From NCBI GenBank assembly GCA_053919585.1, contig CM132825.1: a stretch of DNA of 64,000 nt. One strand, 5' to 3'. This DNA is from Euprymna scolopes (taxonomy: Eukaryota). Position numbers and translations under genes: made by a program. Under the pieces are notes generated by a model. That model made no database searches. It was not told where the DNA came from and saw nothing but the letters and a program-made list of their open reading frames with translations. Shown piece after piece: positions 39,611 through 54,550 of the stretch (its first letter is position 1; each line of letters starts with the position of its first letter).

Positions 39611-39957
39611 ATAGACTAAATGTTAAGTTGTATAACCTGGAACAACAACAATTATGATTAGAGATGTTTTGTTGCTTTGTTGAGTTTCAAAGAATGCAAA
39701 ATTCTTCTTTTCACAGGAAAGAAATGTTAGCAAATTTATATGGCAAAGCTAAAAATTTGGTTTTAGCATTGATTCAATTTAAGTTAAATTTGTATACCTT
39801 TGTAAAATTTATAAAAGTTCACTTTTCAGATTAAATCTTGTACATTTATTTTTAAAGCCTATAGTAAAAATATTTTGTTTAACAATTTTCATGCCTTGGA
39901 TGAAATGCTTTGCTAACTTGTATCTTATCTTTTTAAGATTATATTTTAAAACTCTCC

Positions 39958-40121
39958 TTCTCTCTATTTCAGTTTGTATTTCTCCTCACACCACAACTCA
40001 TTTTTGCAACCCCCTCTTTGTATTATTACAGGTCTGAATATTCTCTCTATTTCAGTTTGTATTTCTCCTCATACCACAACTCACTTTTTGCAACCCCGTC
40101 TTTGTAATACAGGTCTGAATA
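39958..40121. repeat. ~83-bp tandem duplication
   Basis: CTCTCTATTTCAGTTTGTATTTCTCCTCA...ACAGGTCTGAATA occurs twice. Confidence 0.88.
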
Positions 40122-40410
40122 ATGAGAAAATCTGAATTTTTTTAACAAAAACTTTAAAATAACTTTTTTAGATTAAATTTTTTAAAACTTTTTTCAGAAT
40201 AGAAAATCTTTAAAATTTAATAAGGAACATATTTTTATATCGGTTTCATTAACAAATATTCAGTACATAACGAGAAAAATAGAGATGAAAATTTCAAAAG
40301 GACTGTATAACTGGTTACGGTCAATAGTAGTCCTCGCCAGTGAAAGTCTTTGTTATTATTATTTAAAACATTTTGTGTCCTGCTCTTTCGTGTGAGGTCT
40401 AATTTATTTA

Positions 40411-40457
<47 letters not shown>

Positions 40458-40460
<3 letters not shown>

Positions 40461-43400
40461 TCATTCCATGTCAAATTGACAAGGGGTTAAACCATGTCTG
40501 ACACGGATTTGTTTCAAAGTTGCTAATGCTACACTTATAGAATGAAAGGAATTGAATGGCACCGGTTACACATCTCAAGGTCAAGGGATTTCTGAAATAT
40601 GACCTTTACCTTTTTATAAAGCGTCAATTTTTATGGAGAGGTGACCAACTTTAAAAGACGATATCTGTTATTTATGGGCCTACAAAGTTCATTTATATAT
40701 CATTCTAAAGTACTTGATAAATCTACAATTTTATCTGGGGATATTTTTTTCAAGGTCAAATTTAAAAAAACTTGACCTTGACCTTTTACCTGAATTATCT
40801 TAAAAAGGGTCATTTTAATTTTTTGGTAATTTTAACAAAAGATTTGTCTATCTTATGACAGTATATATTCCAAATTTCATGGTGGTTTTTCCACTAGAAC
40901 CATTCCTACAAGCATTTTAAAGAAGTGGGCTAAATTCAAAATGGTGGAATGTAGTACCTGCTACTTCATATAAAAACATTTTGATATTTCATAATGTCGT
41001 CATGTCTGATATCTTTGTGAAGCTATTTTAAATATTTACTAAAAACTTATCAACGCATGTAAATTAAAAACGATTAATATATACATAAAGACCATGATCA
41101 CAAAATCCATATAAAAAAAATTATGTTAATGAAACTGAATTTTCTTCATTTTTTTTAATGCAACACAGATTTTGTTATGGAAAAAAGTGATATAATTAGT
41201 GTTGGAACAGTTAATGGGAATCTGGAACTCGGAACTTTTTGAGGTATCAGAATCAGAAAACTTTTAGCCTAATATGCCATTCCAAAAAAAATGTTACTCT
41301 TTTCTTTTGCTGATATTAAAATATAAAATGAAGAATATTTATTTTTAAGCTACCAGTAAAAGTAAAACCTAATAACATAAAAATGTGATGTGGATTTATT
41401 TCAGCTGTGTGAAAAAAAAAAAAAACGATAAAACATTACCTTTCAGGGTTTTGTCCAGTACTTCAGCATTGACAAATCTGACAAGAAAGTGCTAAAAGGT
41501 ATTAAAAAATACTTTGGTTTTTCAATAAATTAGTGGACTGAGTGAAAGTTTTATCACCTCTATGCCAGACAAGCTTTGGTGACAACATTCCTTTGGTTTT
41601 TGGAGTTTCTGTTTGTTTACTGGTTAAGGCTGCTGCCTATATAGTGGTTATAAAAACAAGTTCTAAATATATAGTAGGGGATAGGTAAAGATAAAAAGCA
41701 ATAAAAGATTATCAAAAATTAATATTATTGAAACCACTTTCTCAGTTGAGTCTGTCTTGGAAAGGATAAGACACACAAATTCAAGATTGAAATTTTGCTA
41801 GGTACCATATACATGTAAGTTATATTTTCATGTAAATGTAGAATTTAAGTAAATATTTTTACTATATAAAACTACTACTACTAATTATTATTATTATATC
41901 TTTTTTTAAATCAGTCTTCAGCAAAATTCTCCTAAACAAAAGTGGTATTCTACATTTTTTGGTACTCCTTGAGCATTGAGTTCAACAGTGACCTTGCCTA
42001 TTTGTTTATTAGTTGCTCCTTCACAAAGGCTAATGCATGCGCTGATAACATTTTTATATTTATTTACTTATATTGGCTTAACTTTTTGGATGAATATTAA
42101 AAAGAAAATTAATCATTTATTGATAATTTCTCAATTTTACATACGTTTTTAATTTACGTGCGTGGATAAGTTTTTAGTAAATATTTACATTAGGTCCACC
42201 TTCACATTGTTCTTTTAAATGACGAGTTGTATAGATAATACTATTGGGGGAGGGCAGTGTTGATCGCAGAAAAGTAGATTTGTTTATCGCACTTAGATTT
42301 TCTAATTCAGCATAGTCGAATACCTATACAAGTCGTCATTTTAAAGAAAAATTGTGGAGGTGGACCTAATGTAAATATTTACTATAAAGTTAACTGGGAT
42401 ATTCGTTTTCAACATAGCCAAAAACCTATAAAAGTCATCATTTTAAAGAAAATTGTTCAAGTGGACCTAATGTAAATTTGTTTATACTATCATGTTCTCG
42501 GTTTATTTTATCAGATTCATTGTCAGCAACCTCGAATATCCCAAAAACAAACAAATTTGAGTGCTCAGTGTTCTGCTGTAGCTAAAGCCAATATTTACCA
42601 TTCAATTTAATTTATTATGTCTGGAAAATGGAAACTTATTTCAAGGATTTAATCACTGGCAGCCACAGCTTTTAATTTTTATGCAACAAAAAGATTTTTA
42701 TTTAAAAAAAATGTTATGCTACAGAAAATTGGGAAAATTTGTTTACAAATTACAAGTGTTGAACTTTATGAAAGAAAAAAAAAAATGGCTGACATGATAG
42801 GTACAAAAATGGGCGGATAAAGATAGAGGGACCTAGTTTTAAAAACCGATTTATCATATTTTTTTTTGTAGGTTTCCGACTACTTTTTTTTTAATTGCAT
42901 TTGAAAGATTACAGACTAAACTTAATTTCCAAAAGGAAAAAAAAATATTTGTACATATGAAAAAAAAAAAGCTATGAAAAATGTTTTCATGGCAAGCTAA
43001 CAAATTCAGCTAAATTTTGAAGTTAAATAAATTCATTGGAAAAATCCTTTAAAAAGATAAATATTAGTTTTCTGCGTCTATTTCAAAGATAATTAGTAAA
43101 GTCCTAAGATATTGAATTAAATTAAAAAAAAAAAAAAAAACACCCTGTTCGTACAAAAAATAGCTTAATTAGCCCTCAAAAAAGCAAGTAATTCTGCCGT
43201 ACGCCAAAATGCAACAAATAAAGATTTGTAAACACGATTATATGGAAACCCAAAATTGCAGCCAATCAAAACGCACTTCAAAATGAAGTTATGATAGCAA
43301 AAGGAGTTAGGGGTGTCAGTTTTCTTTTTTCTCCCCCCCCCCACGTGCATCCGTACATTCCTATTCTGAACGTTTGTATAAATTTTTATGTTCCTGTTTT

Positions 43401-45602
43401 AAAATTTTACGCCAATGGTTTCACATTAAAATCTTGCATATAAAAATCATGTGAAATATGTAATTTAAAAAAAAAAAAGTAGAAATATTTTTGCTATTAT
43501 AATTTTTCTGGTGAAAATATTAAATAAATAATGCTTAATTCAATGGTAATATTGGTAGTTCGAGAAATTCATTTTTCTTTGAGTTATATTGAATTCATTA
43601 ATACAGACTTTAGGAGCTTTTTTCGTAATGTTCCTGTAAAAATGAAATAATTTTTATAAAATTGTTATAATTTACGATGTTTTATTTTCATAAAAAAAGC
43701 AAAAATAAATTCATACATTTTTTTTTACTACAGAAAACCATAACATTAATTTTTTGTTTAAACAAAATAATTTATTTCCACTAAAATTTAAATAAAAATA
43801 AATTCATACATTTTTTTTTACTACAGAAAACCATAACATTAATTTTTTGTTTAAACAAAATAATAAATTTCCACTAAAATTTAAATAAAAATAATTACTT
43901 CATTATATTCCATGATCATTATTTTATAAATACTGAAAATTTAATTAAAATTGGTTAATTTTCTGATTTTTGGTGAATTTTTAAGTAAAGGAAGGGGTCA
44001 AAATGTTTATAAATTTTGAGCATCGGAATTCATTTTGCCCGTACCAGGTTATATCTTTGGAGTCTTCACCCAATAAATGTTATGATAACATTTATTGGCT
44101 AGGTTTCTTCCAGTATTTTATTTTATTTTTAAGCTATAATTGAGCCTAAGTTAAAGATGGCTTTCTAAACATTCTGCAGAACCTGAAGAAGGGGGGGGGA
44201 CTTTGTAACTTTCACCTAACAATTTAATAAACAAATAAACTTGAGATAGGAAATTGATACTCTCACCAGAAGATATATACTGATAAAGTTCAATATCAGG
44301 GACTGAATATGAGAAAACACTGTTTGCTGCTAACTTTGAATTGAAAACTGGTTTCCCAATATTTTGGAAAGTATTGGTGTTTTTGTTTTGTTTTTGTTGG
44401 GATAGGGGTAGGCAAAATTATGCGCATTTGCACATATAACAATGCCCACCACTCATAACATGTAGAATTACATTGCTTAATATCTAGAAAACTACTTATT
44501 TGTGGAAAATTTAAATGCGGTATTTTATGTTATAAGTGGTGGTCATTGTTGTACATGCAAGCGCGCACATGTATCTTTTTATTACATCAAACTTGTGGAA
44601 AAGTATCTTTTCACTATTGTGAAAATTAGTAGCCAGCCCCAATTTTAAATGTGATATTCGTTTTCAGCACACCTGAAACCCCCTTCACCTAACAGTTTAA
44701 TAAAATAAACTTGGAATGGGGAATTGATACTCTCACTAGAAGATAAAATTCAACATGTCAAGAATTTTTTTAAAACATTGATTTTTTAAGTTTTTCATTG
44801 AAGAGGACCCATAAACAATATAACTTGCCTTTTTGTAGATTTAGAATATCAATTATCAAGAAAAAAATGGTTCACCATTGAGATCACATATTTTATGTTA
44901 TAATTTAATTAACCCTCAACACCTTTCAAAATCCTTTTTTATTATGACTTTTTTCCATAACAAAATCTGTGTTGCATTAAAAAAAATAAAAAATAAAGTT
45001 TCATTAACATAAATTTTTTAATATTTTGTGACCATGGTCTTTATGTATATATTAATCAGCATTAAAATAGCTTCACAAAGATATCAGACATGACGACATT
45101 ATGAAATATCAAAATATTTTTATATGAAGTAGCAGGTACTACATTCCACCATTTTGAATTTAGCCCACTTCTTTAAAATGCTTGTAGGAATGGTTCTAGT
45201 GGAAAAACCACCATGAAATTTGGAATATATACTGTCATAAGATAGACAAATCTTTTGTTAAAATTACCAAAAAATTAAAATGACCCTTTTTAAGATAATT
45301 CAGGTAAAAGGTCATGGTCAAGGTCAACTTTTTAAAATTTGACCTTGAAACCAGATAAAATTGTAGATCTATCCAAGTACTTTAGAATGATATATGAATG
45401 AACTTTGTAGGCCCATAAATAACAAAGATATCGTCTTTTAAAGTTGGTCACCTCTCCAGAAAAATTGATGTTTTGTAAAAAAGGTCAAGGTCATATTTCA
45501 GAAACCCCTTGACCTTGAGATGTGTAACAGGTGCAGTTTAATTCTTTTCATGGAGACCTATAAGTGTAGCAAATTTGAAAAATCCATGTCGGACATGGTT
45601 TT
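40458..45602. mobile_element. Large non-autonomous DNA transposon or foldback element with ~700-bp inverted repeats
   Basis: 40488-41197 is the near-identical reverse complement of 44941-45602. Left terminus GGCTCATTCCATGTCAAAT abuts (TA)n. Right tip truncated. No transposase ORF. Confidence 0.85.
43701..43893. repeat. 93-bp tandem duplication
   Basis: Two near-identical copies starting at 43701 and 43794. Confidence 0.9.
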
Positions 45603-47022
45603 ATCTATTAAAAATTACTTTAGTATACCTACTATTAGTATAGTATGTCTGACTAAACTTTTGCTTAAGATTGTGATCAAATGTCAAATTTGAAAGGGAG
45701 AAAACTATAATTTTTCAGTGATGTTTTAATGCTCACTTTTGATAAAAGAATTTTTAAATAAATATTTTTCTTCAATTGTTTAGAAACATTTTAAAAGGAG
45801 CCCCCTCCCCCAGTTTTATTCTTCTTTCTCAATAATATATACTTTCCATGTATTTGTTGGAGATTTGCTAGGAAGTAAATGATAATATAAACTCAACAAA
45901 TTCATTGTTTCATACAAAGTTATGCCATGAGCAGTTAGCCATGGATGGGGGGGGGGATTTAGATTAAAATAAAGAATACAGAATGAAGTATTTATCATCC
46001 GAGGGAAAAAAGCGTGTGCAACCAGTTCCAGTAGTAAGCGGAGAGACAATTAGATGTATCTAGTTTCCAACAAAAAGTAGATTTGAAAGATATTAGCTGT
46101 TGAGAGAATCAATAAGGAGAATGACAAGAGGGGGCTGAGTGGACAACAATGAAAGATCATGATGAGGAAACTGGCGAGAAACCTCAAAGTGAGCTTGAGC
46201 TGATTTCCTGACATGGAAGGTTTAGCTCAGAAGTAGAGACACTAATGATGGGACCCCAATGACACTCACACAATCATTGCTTGTATGAAACTGCCTATAT
46301 TTGGTGTTTTTACTATTTATGCAAATTGTAAACTAATGCTTGGAGCTTGACAATTGCCAATATTAGAATCATCACAGTCAGAATAAAGTATGAATTTGAA
46401 GATTCTATTGCTGGCATTGGTTTCTCCAATATTTTTCTAGTCAGAGTTTTTTCTAGAATTCATTGGGGATTGTGTTAAGGGCCACATGAAAGTTGCCAAC
46501 ATCCTAAGTGAAAATGATTTTTGTGGAACAAACTGAATTTGAACTTGGGACACCTAGGTTATCAGTTTGTATTGTTAACCACTTGACCACTATCACCTCA
46601 ATAAAGAGATGAAGAAAAATAATTCAGTGTAAATCCATGTTCAGTTGGAGGTACAGGCATAAAGCTCTTCCAATCATTTTTAAAAATAATCATTAAGCGA
46701 CACACCATATTTACAAAAAAGTCAAATTCAAAATTAATAGTCTCAGACAGAAATTTAATATCAAAAATTTTTCAAATGTTATTTCCATGTGAAAAAAAGA
46801 AAAAGTTTTTAATTTTTGATCTTCAAATTAAAGTAATTTTATTTATGCAAATTATATTACAAAAATTATTAAGAGAAACCAAAAAAAGAAAAATGAAAAT
46901 AAAAAAAACAAAAACCCCAAAACTTGTCAATTTGGATGGCATATATTTATATGTACATATCTTACAGAAACAAAGTTTCACATGTTCACAAATCTTCCTA
47001 CTTCTTTCAAAAATTTTTTATT

Positions 47023-47147
47023 CTACTTTTGTAACTCAAAATGCTGCAAACGCCTCTTGCGAACCTCATCTTTAGTTTTACTTTCTGGTTCTTCTGAATC
47101 AGTTTTTGAGAGATTGGAAGCAGTGGCACCCTCCAAGTCAGAATAAT
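47023..47147 (-). CDS. SYVN1: SYVN1 terminal coding exon
   Basis: ccag acceptor. Reads DYSDLEG...KDEVRKRRLQHFELQK*, matching the HRD1 C-terminal E(L/V)RxRRL motif. TAG at 47023-47025. Confidence 0.9.
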
Positions 47148-48565
47148 CTGGAAAACAAACAAAAATGTATAAATCATTCAAAATAGAAAATCAATAAGTT
47201 ATTTTTATTCTTTCTAGGCATGATATAATTTAAATTATCTACTACAATAATAATCATCATAATCATGATAATATATATACCTCCCTCCCTACCAATAGTT
47301 AAAACAAATAGTGTAAATTTGCAACCTGATTACCAGAAGCTACCTAAAAAAAAAAGTTAAACTATTTATCTAATTTATTAANNNNNNNNNNNNNNNNNNN
47401 NNNNNNNNNNNNNNNNNNNNNNNNNNNNNNNNNNNNNNNNNNNNNNNNNNNNNNNNNNNNNNNNNNNNNNNNNNNNNNNNNNNNNNNNNNNNNNNNNNNN
47501 NNNNNNNNNNNNNNNNNNNNNNNNNNNNNNNNNNNNNNNNNNNNNNNNNNNNNNNNNNNNNNNNNNNNNNNNNNNNNNNNNNNNNNNNNNNNNNNNNNNA
47601 AAGCTATAATACAGCAAAAACTAAAAATTTCCAAATCATAAAAAAGTATAAAATTTCAATTTTCATGATGAATATTTGTGAATATTCTGCATCATCAGTT
47701 TATTATAAAAAGAAAAAAGTGACTGAGAGAAAAGGCAACGATGAGATGTGCAGAGTGTCTACTGTAAAATGTTTTAAAAACCGATTCAAACAAGAAATTT
47801 GTTTTCCAAACTTTTAAAATTTAAATTATTAAATTATTTTATATTTAAACAAAACAAAAAAAAGTCGCTTATTTATTTAGAAATCCATGTTGCTTGTCAC
47901 AAAAGTAAAAATTAAAGAAAAATCGATAACGATTATAGGCTTTAATTTTACAATACATAGGAAAGTATAAAAATAAGTCCCATAAAAATTCATATTTAAA
48001 AAAATGGAGATAGAGAGAGAGGGTGTTGGTTAAAAAAATTAAGTCTTTTTCTTCCTTAAGCTATGAGTTACTCAACCTTTTGACTAGGATCAAAACTGAT
48101 AGTATACTTAATCTTTTTTTATCAATTAGTGAAGGAGAAATCTTCCCAGATCAAGGCAATTTAAATTTTTGTCTCAATTCAAAGTGCCTCTCTTGGGAGC
48201 TGGATTTCCCCCCCTATAAAAACCCTAACCCTGCATGGAAAGGTAAGTAAGGGACAAGAAGAGTGTGTGATTTTTGTCTGCACTAAAATCTACTCACTCA
48301 TAAGGACATCATAATTGATTTATTTCTAAAAGCGATTTTTACTTCAATTTAATCTTTATTAAATGCCTGAAAAGTCTTAATAGAAATCAGTAGCCATCTG
48401 AGTAAGCTGAAAAGAAACTACAGAAACGCAATACTTTGATACGTTGGATTGATGAAGTTGCTCAAAAAATAGAAAAAAAAAAAAATAAGTGTTCAAAAAT
48501 CAAATATTTTGTGTTATTGGAATAATTTTTGCACATTTTTTTGTGTAAAAGATTATAAGACTTAC

Positions 48566-48729
48566 CTAAATTTTCATTATCAGGACTTGTTGGACTAGCT
48601 TGTGTTGATTGTTGTGGATGTGTCGGGAGAGAAGATTTGCTGGGAGAATTACTTGCGGAAAGATCTGCCGCCGATTGTGAAGCATCTCTAAGTTCAGTAT
48701 TTCTAGACATAACAGAAATACCTTGAATT
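48566..48729 (-). CDS. SYVN1: SYVN1 penultimate exon (low complexity)
   Basis: cag/gtaag boundaries, 164 nt, phase 2-1, consistent with both neighbouring exons. Open frame IQGISVMSRNTELRD...DNENL. Confidence 0.85.
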
Positions 48730-49599
48730 CTGCAATAAACATTTTAATAATATATTTCTATATATGCACATTTGAATGGAAAGAAAACTGAAATATAGCA
48801 GTTAAAAAGAAAATGTCCACAAGACATTAATGAAATATTAATACTTAGTATTGAAAAATATTATCATACACTAAAATGTATTGAAAATGACAGAGTATTT
48901 ATATTTTTATTTATGAAATTAAACTATGTATCATAGTCCCGAGAAATCCACCATTATCAGATTTCCATTTTAGTTAATAACTCACAACTTACTGATTGTC
49001 TCTCCTCAATAGTGTAAAATCAGGAAATTTTATTTTCTGTAGTTTTTAGTGTACATCAATATTTTTTGATATCAAGTATTTTATGCTGTCACTTTATTTT
49101 TAACTGCCATATTCCACTTTATTAATATTATTTGTTAATAGGTTATTTTTAACTGCCATATTCCACTGGTGCATTTTATGCACATTTTCTTTTGCTTGCT
49201 ATATACACATCACTTATGAAGATTTTATTTACAAGAAAAGGAATGAAAGAAAAAGAGGAAATATAAGAAAAAGTTCTATTAAAAAATAATTCCAATAATT
49301 AAACTTTGGAGAAACATGTATCACGATTATCGTAGAGAGTAGAGTAGTGCCAATCTGTTCTAATCAATATGGATTTTACTTTTTTTTCCAATTTTTACTA
49401 CTGTGATAGAAACCAGATTTATGGAGAAGGGCAACTTTGGTGGGGAGTTTGGTAGCAAGATTTTTGTTTACATTACATTAACATTTTTGCATGTTGGTCA
49501 AAAAAATTGGATGGAAATTCCAAAAACACACTTTCTAAGTAAAGCTATGGTAGTAGAAAATAATCTGCCATTTAGGAATTTCTACACAAAAGGGCCATA

Positions 49600-50400
49600 A
49601 TTTTGTTGCTAATCAGTCAAGGATATTTACAGTGCAGAAAGTACTTTGTTGGAAGTACTTGTAAAACAAGCACAGAGATACAACAGCGCAACAATGCGAT
49701 GGGGGGGGGGGCTGGAGTTTGGCAGACAATGTGAAGAATATTAAGTTAGTAACTTTTTTTTGTACCCTGAGAGAGACTAGTGGTTAATGTACCAACCCAT
49801 ATGTGGAAACAATATTCCATGCATGAGGGAATGGTGGTATTTACAGAGATATAGGGTACTAGTAGACGCGAGAAGTTTTCTAGCCTGGTAAAAGTAGCCT
49901 ATCTTTTGTTGCAGCAGATTTATTTCCTACTGCAATATGCTTGATGACATAATGACTAAACCTAGCAATTTTAAAGGACTTTCATTTAGACTTAAATTAG
50001 ATCCACTCATGAAAGTAAACTAAATATTAATATGAGAGCGTGTGGATGTACCAACACAGATGGGGAAACATTACTCCATGGGCGAATAGTGGAGTTTATA
50101 GAGATAGATGTGAAAAGTTTTCTAACCTGGTAGAGGGAGCCTATTTTTTTTGTGGCAAACTTGGAAATATTTTCCACATAATTATTCAAAGTTTGCTTAT
50201 TTTGCTCTATGGAAATTCAATTAAAGGAGTCATTTAATGCGGAATTCATTCATTATTGGTAAAAGTTTATGTTTCACGCAGGGATGCAAGTGGCTGATGG
50301 CAAAAAAAAATCAGAAATCAAGATTCAATTCTCCAATCAAAAAGCAAAGAACTCATTCAGCGATTCAAGTGTAAATCTGCTTTTTCAGTAAAATTCTACT
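49600..50400 (-). mobile_element. Two tandem degenerate LINE fragments related to the 11022-11602 family
   Basis: ISKFATKKIGSLYQVRKLF...STIRPW. Duplicated segment at ~49790-49940 and ~50045-50180. Confidence 0.6.
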
Positions 50401-50687
50401 AAAATGTTTTGCTGTTCAAGTTCTTTAATATCTTCCAAATTTATGCTGCAAAAGGGTTGTAGATTAATTTTCATAGGCATAAATTTTGTAACTGATTTGT
50501 CTTAAAATGACAGATTCAACCTACATGACAGGCACCACTATTCATCTCAGAGAGGAAGTGAGAAATAACAGCAATCAAAGTTTACCTCCCCATCTACAGC
50601 TTCAAAACTGTGAACACACCACTGGATGCAGTTTAAGACAAAGACGGTGGGATGATGGGTGGGGTATAATAGTTATTTTCTCCAATA

Positions 50688-51070
50688 TACAAGGGCCATT
50701 CCAAAAGTAATGCCTCCTATTTTTATTCCACCTGAATGGATTACATTGTTATGATGACTGAACTTATGCATTCATGAACTGAAAGTTTCATCTCTATTGC
50801 AGATATTGATGGTATGAGCCCCTAAGAAAGTAAACTCATGGACATACATTTGATAGCATATAAAGAGTTTTCATGCAATTGTCAACAATTTTGCAAAATG
50901 CAGGGATCACGTGTGAGCAGCAGTATACAACACAAAAATCTGACCTGTATTCTTGTATGGCTGCAAGACGTGCTCAGTGAAAAAACATCAACTCGACATA
51001 ATTCTGTCTGTAGCACATTAGGTTGAGAAAATTGCTGAAAGTATGTCATATACTGACGTTTCAACTAGTA
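50688..51070 (+). mobile_element. Mariner-like 5' terminal remnant
   Basis: TACAAGGGCCATTCCAAAAGTAATGCCTCCTATTTT resembles mariner TIRs. No intact coding region. Confidence 0.45.
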
Positions 51071-51443
51071 TGACCACATCATCAGCGATTAGTCATCATC
51101 AATGTTCCAAAGTATGTCTCACATTAATGGTGATGGCCCAAAGCCACTTAAGATATGAAGAGGATTAGTTGATGGGAACCTGATCCAAGTGAGCAGCAAA
51201 GCAAAATGACAAAAGACAGAAAGATGTGGCAGTCATTCACAAAATGTTAGCCTCAGCATAAGACAAAACGGAGGCCGGGGGGTGGTTGGGGGGATAAATA
51301 AAATAATAAAAAATAAAAAATGGAAATAATTTCTGAATTTGCCTAAATAATAAGGACTATTGTTTTTATATTTTTAAATGTTCATATTATATTTTAGGAA
51401 TTTATTAAAATGAAATCTGTGAGTCTTAAAAATCTATCAGCAG

Positions 51444-51515
<72 letters not shown>

Positions 51516-52467
51516 GGTTCTTCATTTTCAGTTTAATATCTGTTTTACATGCTGCTGGCATGTATTGGACAAATTTTAGAAATATACATCCAAACTAACC
51601 TATCTCTGGTAAGTCTTTATTTATCCTTCAGGTCCATTTTTATTACTTTCTTCCATGTTTCTTGAACCTTCTCCCATGAACTGACTCCATAACTACAACA
51701 GTTTTAAATCCCATTAAATAACTTTCATCCATTCTTTCAACAAGGCCATATTATGATCTGAGGTTTTTAAGTAAAATTTGACCATTAAAAATAAAATAGC
51801 AGGAAAACTTCTAAATATATTTATCAATAAAAAATATTACTGTACAACAAAAATTACAGAAAATTATTGAGTAGAATTTTAATCTATACTCCTATAATTT
51901 TTTTGTGTATTGATATATATATATTAAAAACTCTTTTTTCTATTTATTTTAAAAGAAAATATAACTTTGTTATATATGGGTCGTGGAATTTCATTCATCT
52001 GCTAAAGATCTAGCTAATTTATATATTCTTTTAAACATTCATTTTAATTCCCTATTAGTTTTTTTCAGCCTTCTTATGGGATGATCATCTTTAGTTAAGT
52101 ATTACATGTAATTATATTCATGCAGATATTCTACAGGATTTATACTTGCGTAATATCTGCGTAAAAAGGTTATAGTAAACACAAACCTCTTTCTATATAT
52201 ATTTATGTATCCGTATATATATTTGTTTAAAAAATTTTGCCTACCAAACTCCTCTGTCAGTTTTTGGTCTAGACATGAAACTTCATATATAAGGCATTTG
52301 AACCCATGCAAAATTTGGGTTTTAGCTAAGGAAAATCAGTACAAAAGTGCGAAAATTAAAAAAATGGAATTTGTCAGGTGAAGGTCAAATAACAGCACTA
52401 CGAATATGCATGCATCATGTAATAGCTGTTGGTTCATGTTTTAAGAGCAAAGAGTGAATAAACTGAC

Positions 52468-52642
52468 CCCGAATTAGCAGCAACTTGGTTGTATTGATGC
52501 ATAAGCACCATCGCTCCATCTAAAAGAGTCTGAATATCACGAAGCCACTGTATCCGTGCTTCAATGTTACTTCGCTCTTGACCTTCTAAGTTGGCAAGTT
52601 CTTCAACAGATAGTCCCGGCATAAGATAAGGATTCTGCAAAC
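52468..52642 (-). CDS. SYVN1: SYVN1 conserved C-terminal helical (HAF-H) exon
   Basis: tag/gtcagt boundaries, 175 nt. Reads GLSVEELANLEGQERSNIEARIQWLRDIQTLLDGAMVLMHQY, matching the HRD1 motif EELRALEGxERxxLEARLxxLRxIxTLLDAAM. Confidence 0.93.
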
Positions 52643-52990
52643 CTAACAAAACAAAATGTAAAATATATAAATAAAATCATGCTTTTAATAAAACATAAAT
52701 GAAAATATGTAATTGCGAGAATGATGACGTCTGTACACAACAAAGAAAAACAATCTACAATAAACAGAAATGCGATTTGGTTCAAATTATGCATAGTAAT
52801 TTTCCATAGTAATTTTTATAGGAGAATCAATTAAAATCATTCTTATTGATTAAAGAAATTTAAATGAATCCTTTTTTATCGTGACCACATATTCATTGCA
52901 TATGCCCTTGATTGAGTAAGTGTTCAATGTATAAAAGTTGATTATGTAAATTAAGAAAAAGGCATACTGCATTATAAACAAATTTAAAGA

Positions 52991-53878
52991 CAGGGTGGAA
53001 TGATAAAATTACTGCCTTAGAAAAGACGACATGATTCCATTTCCATTTGATGAAAACTGGTTTTCTTTTTTTGTTGCAGACCATCTACTAGCTAGCCAGT
53101 TATGTACAAATCCCAAGAGCAATAGGATCCTTCTATCATGTCTGAAAGTGACACAATGTTCAACAAATGAGATTGGAGATGCACTGCTGTACAACTCATG
53201 CTCTCTACCAATCCAAGTTATGACAACAGGACCATTGCCAGCACCCTCACTGGATTGCCACAAATGACAGGGATGAGCCAGGAGATGAAAACAAAGTTTC
53301 TGGCCAAGGTTATGGTCTTTGGTGAGGTCTCAAGTGAGAACCACATTATGCCACCTCACATCTTTGAAGATGACTTGAAAGTCAACACCAAAGTGTACCT
53401 GGATGTGCTGAAGTGTGTGGTGATCCCTGGGTGCATTCAGGCCAATGGAAGACCCTGGACGTGGCAACAGGACTCGGCGCCGGCTCACGTCCAAAGAGAC
53501 CCAGGCTTGGCTTCAGAAGGAGTGCTAAGACACTGTACCCTTCTCTCATTGTACCCCCTCCTCCCCCAACTTGAGCCTGTTGGATTACTTCATTTGATCA
53601 TAGGTCGCAAATCACCAACATGACCTCCCAGAATACCAAATCCAGCCTGATTGCCGCCATCCCCCAAGTATTCGCTGAGCTCTCGCTGGGGCTTGTAGAA
53701 AAAGGATGCTCCCAGTTCCAGACCTGTATCGAGGCAGTGATTGAGGCTGAAGGCGACTACATTGAATAGATGTCACCTCTACTACATAATGACGGTACCT
53801 GAAATGATTTTTTCAATAAGTTTTAAAACAGCTGTAGTGTTGTTTTCTTTAGGGCGATAATTTAATCGTTCCACCCTG
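52991..53878 (+). mobile_element. DD37D (maT) Tc1/mariner element in a SYVN1 intron
   Basis: TIRs CAGGGTGGAA... / ...TTCCACCCTG followed by TA. KVMVFG, WQQDSAPAH, SSPNLSLLDY give 37-residue D-D spacing after frameshift repair. Confidence 0.88.
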
Positions 53879-54510
53879 TACATATGCCATCAGAAATTTT
53901 TCTTTTAAGATGGTAGGTTTGAGAGTTTTCCCTTCCATACATTTTAGTCTATAATAAGTAAAATAGAAGTTACAAAATTATTGTACAGATTGACTGCAAC
54001 AGCAACTAGATATTTCACATATCTAACACACATAAAAATAACTTCTCAGACTGAAATAACATTTTTAAATTGATAGTTTTTCAAACTATTATCAATATCT
54101 TTGCAGTTTTATAATTTTTCCCAGATGACTTACATATTTAAAATTTTAGATTAATTGAATTAGAACAAAATATTCCAAATACTTTAAAACACAGGAATTT
54201 TAAAATTCCAAATTTAAGAGACAAAACTTATTTGAATGCTTTAGAAATGGAATAATTTTTTCGCCCAATTTAATTACATTTGATACTCTTAAATAAAAAT
54301 ATATGCTTTTAGATTCTAAGTATTTATTGTTTTCTTCCGGCATTTTCAATGTCGTGGATAACAAAACAAACCCTCCTCCCAAAACAACATTATGTTTTCA
54401 AAACAAATTGATGAGAGGGACGCATCGGTTTTTCAGTTGGAAGAGTTAAATCCTTGTAACTAGAAAATGCTACAGGAAAAAAAAAAAACATCAAAAAACA
54501 CACGCACATA

Positions 54511-54550
<40 letters not shown>

